Source: Minisyncoccota bacterium (GTDB lineage Bacteria > Patescibacteriota > Minisyncoccia > Phycocordibacterales > UBA9973). Taken from it: a stretch of DNA of 39,316 nucleotides. Where the stretch lies: positions 20,847-60,162 of the forward strand of contig JAVHNX010000010.1 in NCBI GenBank assembly GCA_036169735.1. Reading direction: 5' to 3'. This document shows positions 29,855-38,275 of the stretch, in pieces. Below the pieces are notes generated by a model. The model ran no database searches. It was not told the DNA's origin and saw only the letters and a list, made by a program, of their open reading frames with translations. The first letter of the stretch is position 1. Each line of letters starts with the position of its first letter. The position numbers and the translations under genes were made by a program.

Positions 29855-29972
29855 GAAAAATGGAAGCAAAGTAGGTTTTAAAAACCGCACATAATTTTCT
29901 GCTGAAAATTTGCTATGCTCGGCCCGTCGGCCTGCGCAATGCTTTTTAAAACCTACTTTGCTTCCATTTTTC
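29855..29972. mobile_element. MITE/REPIN-like element with perfect 30-bp terminal inverted repeats
   Basis: gaaaaatggaagcaaagtaggttttaaaaa (29855-29884) and its reverse complement (29943-29972); mobility is inferred. Confidence 0.55.
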
Positions 29973-29983
29973 GATTAAAACGT

Positions 29984-30015
29984 AAAGAGCCCCCGACTAG
30001 GTCGGGGGCTCTTTT
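29984..30015 (-). terminator. hairpin/terminator after rplK
   Basis: aaagagcccccgac-tag-gtcgggggctcttt. Confidence 0.75.
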
Positions 30016-30024
30016 AAAATTTAA

Positions 30025-30450
30025 TTATTTTCCAACTTCAATACCTGCAGAACGAGCGGAACCTTCAACGATGCGGATAGCTCCATCCATATCTTTAGCA
30101 TTCAAGTCAACCATTTTCTTTGTAGCAATCTCTTCTGCTTGAGCTCTAGTTATTTTTCCAGCCTTAGTGGTAGTATTTTTACCAGAACCTTTCTCAACAC
30201 CAGCTGCCTTAAAGATAAGACCTGAAACTGGAGGAGTTTTGATGAAGAAATCATAAGTACGATCTTCGTAAACATGAACAACAACTCCGACTTTGTCTCC
30301 TGCCATCTTAGCAGTTGCGGCATTGAACTTGGTAACGAAGTCACCGATGTTAATACCAGCCTGTCCCAATGCGGGTCCTAAAGGTGGCGCTGGGGTAGCT
30401 TTTGCGGCCTGAATCTGTAATTTAATTTTTTTGGTTATTTTCTTTGCCAT
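30025..30450 (-). CDS. rplK: 50S ribosomal protein uL11
   Basis: ATPAPPLGPALGQ, KTPP, GSARSAG. Confidence 0.97.
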   Translation of the reverse strand: MAKKITKKIKLQIQAAKATPAPPLGPALGQAGINIGDFVTKFNAATAKMAGDKVGVVVHVYEDRTYDFFIKTPPVSGLIFKAAGVEKGSGKNTTTKAGKITRAQAEEIATKKMVDLNAKDMDGAIRIVEGSARSAGIEVGK

Positions 30451-30496
30451 ATATGTTTGAGATTACTATAAAGTGATTATAAATGCAATTTGTTTC

Positions 30497-31042
30497 TTAA
30501 AGTTTCTTAACCTGCAAGAAATCGAGCTCGACTGGGGTCTCTCTTCCGAACATTGAAACAAGTACCTTTACCTTTCCACGTTCCTGATCGGTTGAGCTTA
30601 CTTTACCTTCAAGGTCCTTGAACGGACCATCGGAGATCAAGACAGTTTCACCAATAGCAAGATCAATGTTGTGTTTAGCAGTACCGGAATCCATTTTCTT
30701 GAACAAGTAATCTACTTCTTCTGTTTTCAAAGGAACTGGATTAACTCCTGCTCCAACGAAACCTGTAACTCGAGGAGTGTTTCTAACAACATACCAAGAA
30801 TCATCGGTCACGATCATATCAACTAAGACATAACCAGGGTAAATTTTTTCTTCAACCTCTGTTCTCTTTCCTCCTTTAATCTTTATTTTCTTTTCTGTAG
30901 GAACAACGACGTTGAATATCTTTTCATGCATTCCTAATGAATCAATACGCTGTTTCAAATTGCGAAGAACCGCATTTTCATATCCAGCATAAGTGTGGAT
31001 GGCATACCAATTTCTTGCTCCTTGTGTTTCTTGTTTTGACAT
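30497..31042 (-). CDS. nusG: transcription factor NusG
   Basis: WYAIHTYAGYE, YPGYVLV, RNTPRVTGF, FGRETPVEL. Confidence 0.97.
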   Translation of the reverse strand: MSKQETQGARNWYAIHTYAGYENAVLRNLKQRIDSLGMHEKIFNVVVPTEKKIKIKGGKRTEVEEKIYPGYVLVDMIVTDDSWYVVRNTPRVTGFVGAGVNPVPLKTEEVDYLFKKMDSGTAKHNIDLAIGETVLISDGPFKDLEGKVSSTDQERGKVKVLVSMFGRETPVELDFLQVKKL

Positions 31043-31048
31043 AATTTT

Positions 31049-31234
31049 TTAGAAAGAGATTATTTTTTGCAAACCACTTGTGAATAGAAAATCAAAAATA
31101 CCCAAAAAATAGGCTACGGATACGGACAATATAACAACAATTAGGGTGTAGAAAATAGTCTGGCTTCTTGTTGGCCAAATTACGTGCTTTAACTCTACCT
31201 TTGTTTCTTTAAAATATTCAGTAATTTTTGACAT
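31049..31234 (-). CDS. secE: preprotein translocase subunit SecE
   Basis: ELKHVIWP plus single TM; upstream of nusG. Confidence 0.93.
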   Translation of the reverse strand: MSKITEYFKETKVELKHVIWPTRSQTIFYTLIVVILSVSVAYFLGIFDFLFTSGLQKIISF

Positions 31235-31339
31235 TGATTTAGATAATTCCTTTTAATTTTTAAAAAAGCCCCCTTTCAAGGGCTTCTTTAATATTACACT
31301 TTTTGGTCTTAATAGTCAAATCAGTTGAAATAGACAGAT

Positions 31340-32146
31340 TTATTTTAGTTCATAAGTGATTGTTACATCAGAACTGATTTTATTCTCACCTGTTGGCATC
31401 TCAGCAGGAGATGAAGTAGCTGAAACACTGTCAAGCATCATAGCCTTACCATACATCATAGGTGCTGGATTATAACCAGATTCACTAAAAGAGGTAATTT
31501 TACCCAAACGCACACCGAGATCCTTGGCTAAACTTTTTGCTTTTGCTTTTGCATCATCGATTGCAAGTTTTCTAGCTTGAATTTTTAGATCGTCTTCTTT
31601 ATCAATCGCAAAATTTGGTCCATTTAAATTGGAAACTCCAGCGGTTCCTAATCCTTGGATTATTTTGCCGGCATCGTCGGTATTTCTTATTTTAACTGTA
31701 ATATTTTCGCTAGCAGTATAACCGACAATCACATTTTTGCCTGGTGTTGATGGGCAACCATATTGGGTGCACACTACACTTGTTTTGTCATACACATACT
31801 CATATTTTGGGTAGAAAGAAGAATTGGTTGTTTTAATATCCTTGTCAGCAACACTATTAGACCTTAAGAAATCCAAAGACTTCTTTTCAATTTGAGCTAC
31901 TCCATCCTGTGCTTCTTTAACTGTCTTGGCGTCTTTTGAAATTGTGAAATCAATATTGGCAATATCAGGCACTGCAAAAACTTCTCCGTAACCAGAAAAT
32001 GAAATAGTATTCTCTACTTTATTTCCCAATGAATCATAAGACCGGAATTCGGTCATAGATTTTACAGCAACAAAAACAAACAGAACAATCATCAAAGCTA
32101 ACAGTGATCTAAAAAACAACTTTTTGTATTCGTTTGGAATTTCCAT
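31340..32146 (-). CDS. SIMPL (DUF541) domain protein
   Basis: N-terminal TM, G.GEVFAVPDIA, ARKLAIDDAKAKA, PTGENKI..VTITYEL. Confidence 0.88.
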   Translation of the reverse strand: MEIPNEYKKLFFRSLLALMIVLFVFVAVKSMTEFRSYDSLGNKVENTISFSGYGEVFAVPDIANIDFTISKDAKTVKEAQDGVAQIEKKSLDFLRSNSVADKDIKTTNSSFYPKYEYVYDKTSVVCTQYGCPSTPGKNVIVGYTASENITVKIRNTDDAGKIIQGLGTAGVSNLNGPNFAIDKEDDLKIQARKLAIDDAKAKAKSLAKDLGVRLGKITSFSESGYNPAPMMYGKAMMLDSVSATSSPAEMPTGENKISSDVTITYELK

Positions 32147-32174
32147 ATTTTAATTCGCTGTAAAGCGAGATAGA

Positions 32175-32708
32175 TTATTTTTTAATAGCAACAAGTTCAA
32201 CTAAGAAAGTAAGATTTGCGTTCGCAGGAATCAAACCACCACCAGCACCATTTGCGCCGTAAGCGTAAGCAGAATCAATTTCAAGTTTTCTTTGTTCACC
32301 TGTTTTCATTCCAGCTACACCGATATCCCAACCTTTTATGACTTGACCAGCACCTAGAGTAAACACGAAAGGTTCAACATGTTTAAATTTTGGATCAACG
32401 TTTGAATCAAAAGCAGTTCCATCTGCAAGTGTTCCTAAATAATTCATCGCAACAGTATCTCCAACTTTTGCTGCTTCACCTGTACCTTCTTTTAATAGAG
32501 TTACTTTTACCCCTTCAAGTTGTTGTATATTTTGCATATTTGTGTTTTGTGGTTGGCCTGCTTGTAAATCGGCAGCAGTCCCCTGACCTGTTTGTGTTAT
32601 AGGAGAATTGTCGATCTTTTTGTTAATAGTAATATAAACTAAAACTGCAATCACAATCGCAAAGATTATGATTGATACCACCATGTTCATCTTTTTGTCT
32701 TTTAACAT
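32175..32708 (-). CDS. membrane-anchored FKBP-type peptidyl-prolyl isomerase
   Basis: YLGTLADGTAFDS, GQVIKGWD, IPANANLTFLVEL. Confidence 0.93.
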   Translation of the reverse strand: MLKDKKMNMVVSIIIFAIVIAVLVYITINKKIDNSPITQTGQGTAADLQAGQPQNTNMQNIQQLEGVKVTLLKEGTGEAAKVGDTVAMNYLGTLADGTAFDSNVDPKFKHVEPFVFTLGAGQVIKGWDIGVAGMKTGEQRKLEIDSAYAYGANGAGGGLIPANANLTFLVELVAIKK

Positions 32709-32774
32709 AAGTTTTTTAAAAAAAAATTAACTTTTAATACTTAATATTATACACTGAGTTGTTCTAGAAACAAA

Positions 32775-33806
32775 TTAGACCAAATTAACTTCTGGGGTGA
32801 GCTTTAATTCAAACTTTTTATACACAGATTCAATTATTTTATCAGCCAGGTCTAAAACTTCACTCCCTCTGGCTCCACCATGATTCACTAATACTAGTGC
32901 TTGCTTATCATGAACCCCAACATTACCAACCTTTTGACCTTTCCAACTTGTCCCATCTGAGGGACCACACTGTTCTACAAGCCAACCAGCTGGAATTTTT
33001 ATAAGTTCACCTTCTTTAAAGATAGGCATATCTGGGTACTGATTAAGTAAACTCTGAGCTTTTTCTTTTGTAACATAAACATTTTTAAAAAAACTTCCTG
33101 CGTTACCTAGAACTTTCGGGTCAGGTAGTTTACTCATGCGTATTTTTGATACTGCATCACTGACGTCTTTGGAACTTTTGATTTCGATATTATTTTCTTT
33201 CAAAAACGAGTCTAGTGCTTTGTATTCGGAATTCAATTTTGGTACTTTGTTCAATTTCAAAGTAATCGAAACAATGAAATATTTACCTTTTAGTTTATTC
33301 TTAAAAATAGAATCTCTGTATCCGAACTCACATTCTTCTTTTGTAAATATTTTCTTCTCTCCTGTTTCTATATTAAAAGCTTCAATATTTTCTAGTGTAT
33401 CTTTGAATTCAGATCCATAGGCTCCAATATTTTGAATCGGTGAAGCACCAGTAGTGCCAGGAATCAAAGACAAATTTTCTATACCCCACAGTCCACGTTC
33501 AACTGTAAAAATAACTAAGTCATGCCACTTCTCCCCTGCCATCGATTTTATCAAAACTGATTCAGAACCATCCTCAATAATTTCAATTCCTTTTAATTTA
33601 TTTAAAATAACAATCCCGTCAAAGTCTTTTGTAAAAAGGACGTTGCTACCACCACCTAATATGAGTTTCTCGTTCTCTTTAAATTCTGTTGAAGAAAAAA
33701 GCTCTTTAAAATCCTCCTCACTGGCAACCTCAGCAAAAAACCTCGCTCGAGCTGATATTCCAAAAGTATTTAAACTAGTTAAATCATAATCCCGTAAAAT
33801 TTCCAT
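32775..33806 (-). CDS. murB: UDP-N-acetylmuramate dehydrogenase
   Basis: NTFG, LGGGSNVLF, IPGTTGASPIQNIGAYG, FGYRDS, NAGSFFKN. Confidence 0.95.
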   Translation of the reverse strand: MEILRDYDLTSLNTFGISARARFFAEVASEEDFKELFSSTEFKENEKLILGGGSNVLFTKDFDGIVILNKLKGIEIIEDGSESVLIKSMAGEKWHDLVIFTVERGLWGIENLSLIPGTTGASPIQNIGAYGSEFKDTLENIEAFNIETGEKKIFTKEECEFGYRDSIFKNKLKGKYFIVSITLKLNKVPKLNSEYKALDSFLKENNIEIKSSKDVSDAVSKIRMSKLPDPKVLGNAGSFFKNVYVTKEKAQSLLNQYPDMPIFKEGELIKIPAGWLVEQCGPSDGTSWKGQKVGNVGVHDKQALVLVNHGGARGSEVLDLADKIIESVYKKFELKLTPEVNLV

Positions 33807-33845
33807 ATATTAAAACTATACTACCCATCAATAGCTATATGCAAA

Positions 33846-33890
33846 TATACATAGGAGTTTCCTATGTATACGGAGGCGTTGCCTCCGTAT
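33846..33890. repeat. overlapping doublet of AGG-N5-CCT palindromes
   Basis: tatacatagg-agttt-cctatgtata and atacggagg-cgttg-cctccgtat. Confidence 0.75.
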
Positions 33891-33897
33891 GGTCTAG

Positions 33898-35505
33898 CTA
33901 CTGTTCATTCAAACCAAGTTTCTCAATTCTTGATGTGATTGCTCCTCTTTTTCTACCTAACTCTTTAGCTATATCTTTTATTGGTGTTTCTTTTTCAAAA
34001 AGTTCAAAGAGTTTTTCATCTTCTTCTTTATCCCAAGATTTATATGCGTTTGGAAACTTCTCCCTGATTTCTTTAAACGAAGGAGCTACTCCAGATTTCT
34101 TTATTGGTTTGGTTTTACTCTTTTTAGTAAGACGAACCTTTAAGGCTCTTCCTCCAGAAGCCGTAATAAAATTATTATGCATTTTTGTAAGTTCTTCTGG
34201 GGTAACTTCTCCAAAAACTCTTTCAGCTTCTTTGGATTGCTCATGAAATTTTTTATCTTTCAAAAGAATATCAGGATGCACTTGAAATGCTTTTTTATTA
34301 AAACCGATAAGGTGTAAACCGGAAAGTCTTCGGACTCGTGAAAGTGCGACATAGCCTTGGCCGTATTCAAATACATCAGACAAATCCATAATCGCAGCGT
34401 CCATACTCATCCCCTGACTCTTATGAACAGTTATCGCCCAAGCCAGACGAAGCGGAATCTGATTAATCTTGGCTTTTATTTTTCCATTTTCTTCGACACT
34501 CCATTCCATCGGTTCGACTGTTATTAGTTTTCCGTTTCTGATTCTAACGATTGGATACTTAGAACCTACTTGGAAACCAATAACCGTACCAAGAGTCCCA
34601 TTTACGAAACCTTCTTTTAGATTATTTTTAGTAAACATAACTTCTGCACCTATTTTGAGATATAAATTTTCTGGTGATAGACAGCCTTTTTGTAAAATAG
34701 CTACCAATACGTCAGCTCCTTGTGAGGTGGTAGTAAAAGTCTCGGTAGTATTTTCAATTTTAGAAAGAGTTATTGTATTTACCGAATCTACATCGAGATT
34801 ATGAGAATAAAGTTTCGGTATTTTTTCTGGTAGATTATTTCTTTCAACTTTGCGCAATTGAATTTGTTCCAGATGCTCCTTATTAAAGGTATCTTTACGA
34901 ATAGCTGAAAGAATCTCTAAAAAATCTTTATCATCTTGACGATACTGTTCGGTGATATAACAAATTATCGGCTTGGCACTCTCCCATGCTGGGCAATCAC
35001 AAGCAAAGATTGGTTCTGGTTCATTTGTAAAAAATGATATTTGTTGTTCTTGTTCTAAAGGTCTTTTTATAATCGGTGGCAACTGAAAAAAATCTCCAAC
35101 AAATATTACTTGGAGACCACCAAAAGCTTCGTGGGTATTATTTACTTCTCGACAGACTGCATCTACCATCGACAATGTTCCAGATGAGAGCATTGAAATT
35201 TCATCGATTACGAGAACCTTCGCGCGGCGAATTCTTTTGGAAACATATTCGTTACTAGAGATCTTATCCAAATCATATTTATCTAGTTTACTTTTGATGC
35301 CGATTCCACTCCAAGAATGTATCGTCATCCCGCCAATGTGGGTCGCAGCAATACCAGTAGACGCAGTAATAGCCACCTCAACATCAGAGTTTCTTAAATA
35401 ATTTACATATTCATTTATGGTATGAGTTTTTCCTGCACCAGGTTCACCTGTTAGAAAAACATTTGCTCCTGTCTTTAAAATATCAAGTGCTTCTTTTTGG
35501 GTCAT
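33898..35505 (-). CDS. PIF1-family DNA helicase with C-terminal HTH-like domain
   Basis: GEPGAGKT, ASTGIAA, IDEISM, GDFFQLPP, NGTLG, QIPLRLAWAITVHKSQG, YVALSR. Confidence 0.92.
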   Translation of the reverse strand: MTQKEALDILKTGANVFLTGEPGAGKTHTINEYVNYLRNSDVEVAITASTGIAATHIGGMTIHSWSGIGIKSKLDKYDLDKISSNEYVSKRIRRAKVLVIDEISMLSSGTLSMVDAVCREVNNTHEAFGGLQVIFVGDFFQLPPIIKRPLEQEQQISFFTNEPEPIFACDCPAWESAKPIICYITEQYRQDDKDFLEILSAIRKDTFNKEHLEQIQLRKVERNNLPEKIPKLYSHNLDVDSVNTITLSKIENTTETFTTTSQGADVLVAILQKGCLSPENLYLKIGAEVMFTKNNLKEGFVNGTLGTVIGFQVGSKYPIVRIRNGKLITVEPMEWSVEENGKIKAKINQIPLRLAWAITVHKSQGMSMDAAIMDLSDVFEYGQGYVALSRVRRLSGLHLIGFNKKAFQVHPDILLKDKKFHEQSKEAERVFGEVTPEELTKMHNNFITASGGRALKVRLTKKSKTKPIKKSGVAPSFKEIREKFPNAYKSWDKEEDEKLFELFEKETPIKDIAKELGRKRGAITSRIEKLGLNEQ

Positions 35506-35524
35506 TGGTTACATATTATCATTT

Positions 35525-35740
35525 CCCGGAGGGAGTTGGCTATTACATAGCCAGGTACCTTTCAATTTCGTTACACGAAATAATGAAAGGTCTTATTAAA
35601 ACTTAATGTAGTGGGAGTTGACGATTACATCGTCAGGTACTTTTCGATTTCACTAAAGTGAAATAACGAAAAGTCTTTCAACACCCTCACAGATGCAAAT
35701 CAATTTGCATCCTCGTTCGCTGGGCGCCCGGAGGGAGTTG
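35525..35740. repeat. insert at tRNA-His 3' end bounded by a 14-bp direct repeat and holding two covarying structured units
   Basis: cccggagggagttg at 35525-35538 and 35727-35740; units 35531-35594 and 35613-35677. Confidence 0.75.
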
Positions 35741-35794
35741 AACCCTCGATACCGGTTCCACAAACCGGAGTTTTACCGTTAAACTACGGGCACC
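35723..35794 (-). tRNA. tRNA-His (GTG)
   Basis: G-1 GTGCCCG...CCGGT-TTGTGGA-ACCGG...GAGGGTTCAACTCCCTC-CGGGCGC-C. Confidence 0.92.
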
Positions 35795-35884
35795 ATGTGT
35801 TTCTCGTTCTTTTTTATAGAACAAACGAGATGGTGGTCATTATGGCAGAGATTGACGAATTTTTCAACTTTATTATTTTACTTG

Positions 35885-35966
35885 TGCGTGAGAGAGGAAT
35901 TGAACCTCCAAGGATTGCTCCATACGAACCTCAATCGTACGCGTATACCAGTTCCGCCACTCACGC
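35885..35966 (-). tRNA. tRNA-Leu (GAG)
   Basis: GCGTGAG/CTCACGC acceptor, TACGA-TTGAGGT-TCGTA, long variable arm, GGAGGTTCAATTCCTCT. Confidence 0.92.
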
Positions 35967-36053
35967 ATATTTCAACTCTAACAAAAAAAATTATTTTTGT
36001 TAAATTAGTTTTAGTTTCCCCTATATCAGACATATGGAAACTTTTATAGAAAC

Positions 36054-36080
36054 AAAAAAATCCCTTTCGGGATTTTTTTT
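36054..36080 (-). terminator. intrinsic terminator after rplS
   Basis: aaaaaaatccc-tttc-gggatttttttt. Confidence 0.8.
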
Positions 36081-36092
36081 GTTTAAGTATTA

Positions 36093-36527
36093 TTATTCAA
36101 TGACTCCAGCTTTCTTGTCTTCTTCTTCAGTCTTACTGTCAGCGTCTAGGGTAACTGAACGCATTTTTCTTCGGACATCTTTCACTGCTTTAGTTCGAAT
36201 GTAGTAAAGCTTTGATCTGCGAGCTCGGGCTTTTTTGATTATTTCAACTTTATCAACCATTGGTGAGTAAAGTGGAAAGATTCTTTCTACTCCGACACCT
36301 GATGCAATCTTTCGAACAGTAAATGTTGCTCCAGCTTCTGCACCATGCTTTCTTGCAAGTACGATTCCTTCAAAGGCCTGTAAACGAAACTTACCTGTTT
36401 CTCCTTTTTTAGCGGCCTTTTCTTCAGGGATTTTGGACCAAACACGAACTGTATCACCAGCATTGAAATCAAGCTTTTTTCGGGCTTCGATATCGACTGG
36501 ACTAAATTTGATTATTGTTGCTGCCAT
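36093..36527 (-). CDS. rplS: 50S ribosomal protein bL19
   Basis: [39 protein letters not shown]. Confidence 0.97.
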   Translation of the reverse strand: MAATIIKFSPVDIEARKKLDFNAGDTVRVWSKIPEEKAAKKGETGKFRLQAFEGIVLARKHGAEAGATFTVRKIASGVGVERIFPLYSPMVDKVEIIKKARARRSKLYYIRTKAVKDVRRKMRSVTLDADSKTEEEDKKAGVIE

Positions 36528-36630
36528 AGTTCATACAATCTAACACAAACACTTTGTTTTTGCAATTATTTCAATTTAAAAGTATTTCTACATATTGGAA
36601 CACCTAAACGACTGTCCATTTTTAGAAAAA

Positions 36631-36663
36631 TAAAAAGCTCCTCCCTTTTTAGGGGAAGAGCTT
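36631..36663 (-). terminator. probable terminator after 36677..37177
   Basis: aaaaagctcctcccttt...aggggaagagctt. Confidence 0.6.
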
Positions 36664-36676
36664 AAAAATTTTAAGT

Positions 36677-37177
36677 TCAGACATGCATACCAGGAAACAT
36701 GAATTTTTTGGTCCAATAACTATACTGAGGAGGAACAAGATCAATAATACGATCCTTACCACGAATTGTGGCTACAGGAGCAAGAAGATAATCACGCAAG
36801 TCTTTCCAAGACAAACCTAAACTAGCCATTGGAAATTTTCTTTGAAGCTCTGGGTACTGAGCAGTCAGAGACAAAAATTCTTCAATCATAACTGGTCTAA
36901 AATCATCTTTTTTCATTAAACTAATTATTTCCATAGAAGCACTTTCTATACCTGAATGAAAAAGTTCAATAGTCACTGTACGTTTAGTTGGATCTGAGAT
37001 AGGAAAACTTTTTTCATTACAATTGGAATTTTTCCAAGCATAGTTTCCATCATCCAGAAGCTGGTCGAGAGTTTTTGTTCCATCAACTTCCACAATAAAA
37101 GCGAAGCGACCGGATTTGGAGACTTTTAGAGTCTCATCCCATTGGTTAGAAGGGATATTACCTATAGTTTCTGTCAT
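36677..37177 (-). CDS. hypothetical protein, paralogue of 27350..27847
   Basis: shared motif blocks with 27350..27847; own promoter and terminator. Confidence 0.75.
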   Translation of the reverse strand: MTETIGNIPSNQWDETLKVSKSGRFAFIVEVDGTKTLDQLLDDGNYAWKNSNCNEKSFPISDPTKRTVTIELFHSGIESASMEIISLMKKDDFRPVMIEEFLSLTAQYPELQRKFPMASLGLSWKDLRDYLLAPVATIRGKDRIIDLVPPQYSYWTKKFMFPGMHV

Positions 37178-37291
37178 TATTATAGATTTAAAATATTAAA
37201 GAACAAATTAAAACCGATTTAAAAAATAAACATTAAAGGCGGTTTCTACCTCCAACTTATGATTTATAAAACTTTTCAAACAAGAAGTCAA
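37178..37291 (-). promoter_or_regulatory. promoter plus conserved leader motif, copy 2
   Basis: TTGACT-17 nt-TATAAA; GTAGAAACCGC...ATCGGTTTTAAT-t-TGTTCtTTAATA. Confidence 0.7.
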
Positions 37292-37306
37292 CAGGAAAAA
37301 ATAAAT

Positions 37307-38020
37307 TTATTTTGTGAACTTTTTAAAATCATCAGGAAGAGGTGCTTCTACTTTTATTTCTTTTCCGTCTAAATTTTTGAACTCAATAGACTTGGCATGT
37401 AGAGCAAGACGAGAAATACCTACCGGGCATGGTTTGTCTGGATTATATAAAGAGTCACACGCGACGGGATAACTTAAAAATTTCATGTGCACACGAATCT
37501 GGTGAGTGCGTCCTGTTTTTGGGTGAACTTCAACATAACTAAATTTCTCACCATTTTCATCTTCGAATCTTTTTAGAACAGTATACTCAGTAATAGCTTC
37601 ACGCATTTCGCCTCGCGCTCCCCGCCCAGCAAGTCGTCTACGAAAATCATTTGGACTTCGTCCAATAGGTTTATCTATCACCCCAGAATCACTTTTAATA
37701 AATCCTGAAACAATAGCATGGTAAGTTTTTCTCACTTCCCTATTTTGAAATTGTTTTTTTAAAAATTCGTGTGCCTCCTGATTTTTCGCCAAAAGCAAAA
37801 CACCGGAAGTATCTTTGTCTAAACGATGCACTATCCCTGGGCGTTTTATTTCTTTTTCTCCAGCAAGTATTGGTTCACCAATATTTTCCATTTCCGGATA
37901 ATCTTCCACAATAAAATCAGCCAACGTCTTCACATCAGTTTTTCCATCACCATGTACAGATATACCTGATGGTTTATCGATAGCTAGGATATTTTTATCT
38001 TCGTATAAAACTTTAAGCAT
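37307..38020 (-). CDS. RluA-family pseudouridine synthase (no S4 domain)
   Basis: DKPSG, HRLDKDTSG, TGRTHQIRVH, LHA. Confidence 0.93.
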   Translation of the reverse strand: MLKVLYEDKNILAIDKPSGISVHGDGKTDVKTLADFIVEDYPEMENIGEPILAGEKEIKRPGIVHRLDKDTSGVLLLAKNQEAHEFLKKQFQNREVRKTYHAIVSGFIKSDSGVIDKPIGRSPNDFRRRLAGRGARGEMREAITEYTVLKRFEDENGEKFSYVEVHPKTGRTHQIRVHMKFLSYPVACDSLYNPDKPCPVGISRLALHAKSIEFKNLDGKEIKVEAPLPDDFKKFTK

Positions 38021-38062
38021 AAAATTGTAAAGCTAATTCTTATTGGGGTAATATAACAATTT

Positions 38063-38272
38063 TTAGATTGTATCTGATCCAAGAAAAATTTCTACTTTTT
38101 TGGAATCATCCTCCACTACAAAAGTGGACAAGGAGTATTTTGGTTTTTTATCAATAAAAATCTTTAAACCACCAAAAGTTGATTGGTTGAAAAAATCTTC
38201 TACTTTATTTTCGTTCTTCATTTCATAGTAACGAGCTTCTACCATTTCTTTAATTTTTGGATTTATTAACAT
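38063..38272 (-). CDS. small hypothetical protein (69 aa)
   Basis: ATG starts 3 nt after the kinase stop, same strand. Confidence 0.55.
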   Translation of the reverse strand: MLINPKIKEMVEARYYEMKNENKVEDFFNQSTFGGLKIFIDKKPKYSLSTFVVEDDSKKVEIFLGSDTI

Positions 38273-38275
38273 AAA

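Noticed and set aside
29915-30142. 75-aa ORF on the + strand
   Set aside because: Runs through the inverted repeat, the terminator and antisense rplK; no protein-like signal
35613-35677. Hammerhead ribozyme (CUGACGA and GAAA on the minus strand)
   Set aside because: GAAA precedes CUGACGA with no stem II between them, CUGACGA is itself paired, and unit 1 has CUGGCUA at that site
35525-35740. CRISPR array or integrated prophage at tRNA-His
   Set aside because: Only two diverged units, no constant repeat/unique spacer pattern, no cas, integrase or phage genes
35795-36049. Two short + strand ORFs
   Set aside because: Antisense to tRNA-Leu
845-36472. Numerous 60-176 aa ORFs nested in or antisense to confident genes (e.g. 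17117..17647, 18366..18821, 33839..34246)
   Set aside because: Shadow ORFs from codon bias; no motifs or independent expression signals
27350-37177. Complete diversity-generating retroelement
   Set aside because: No reverse transcriptase, Avd or adenine-variant template repeat is visible in the window
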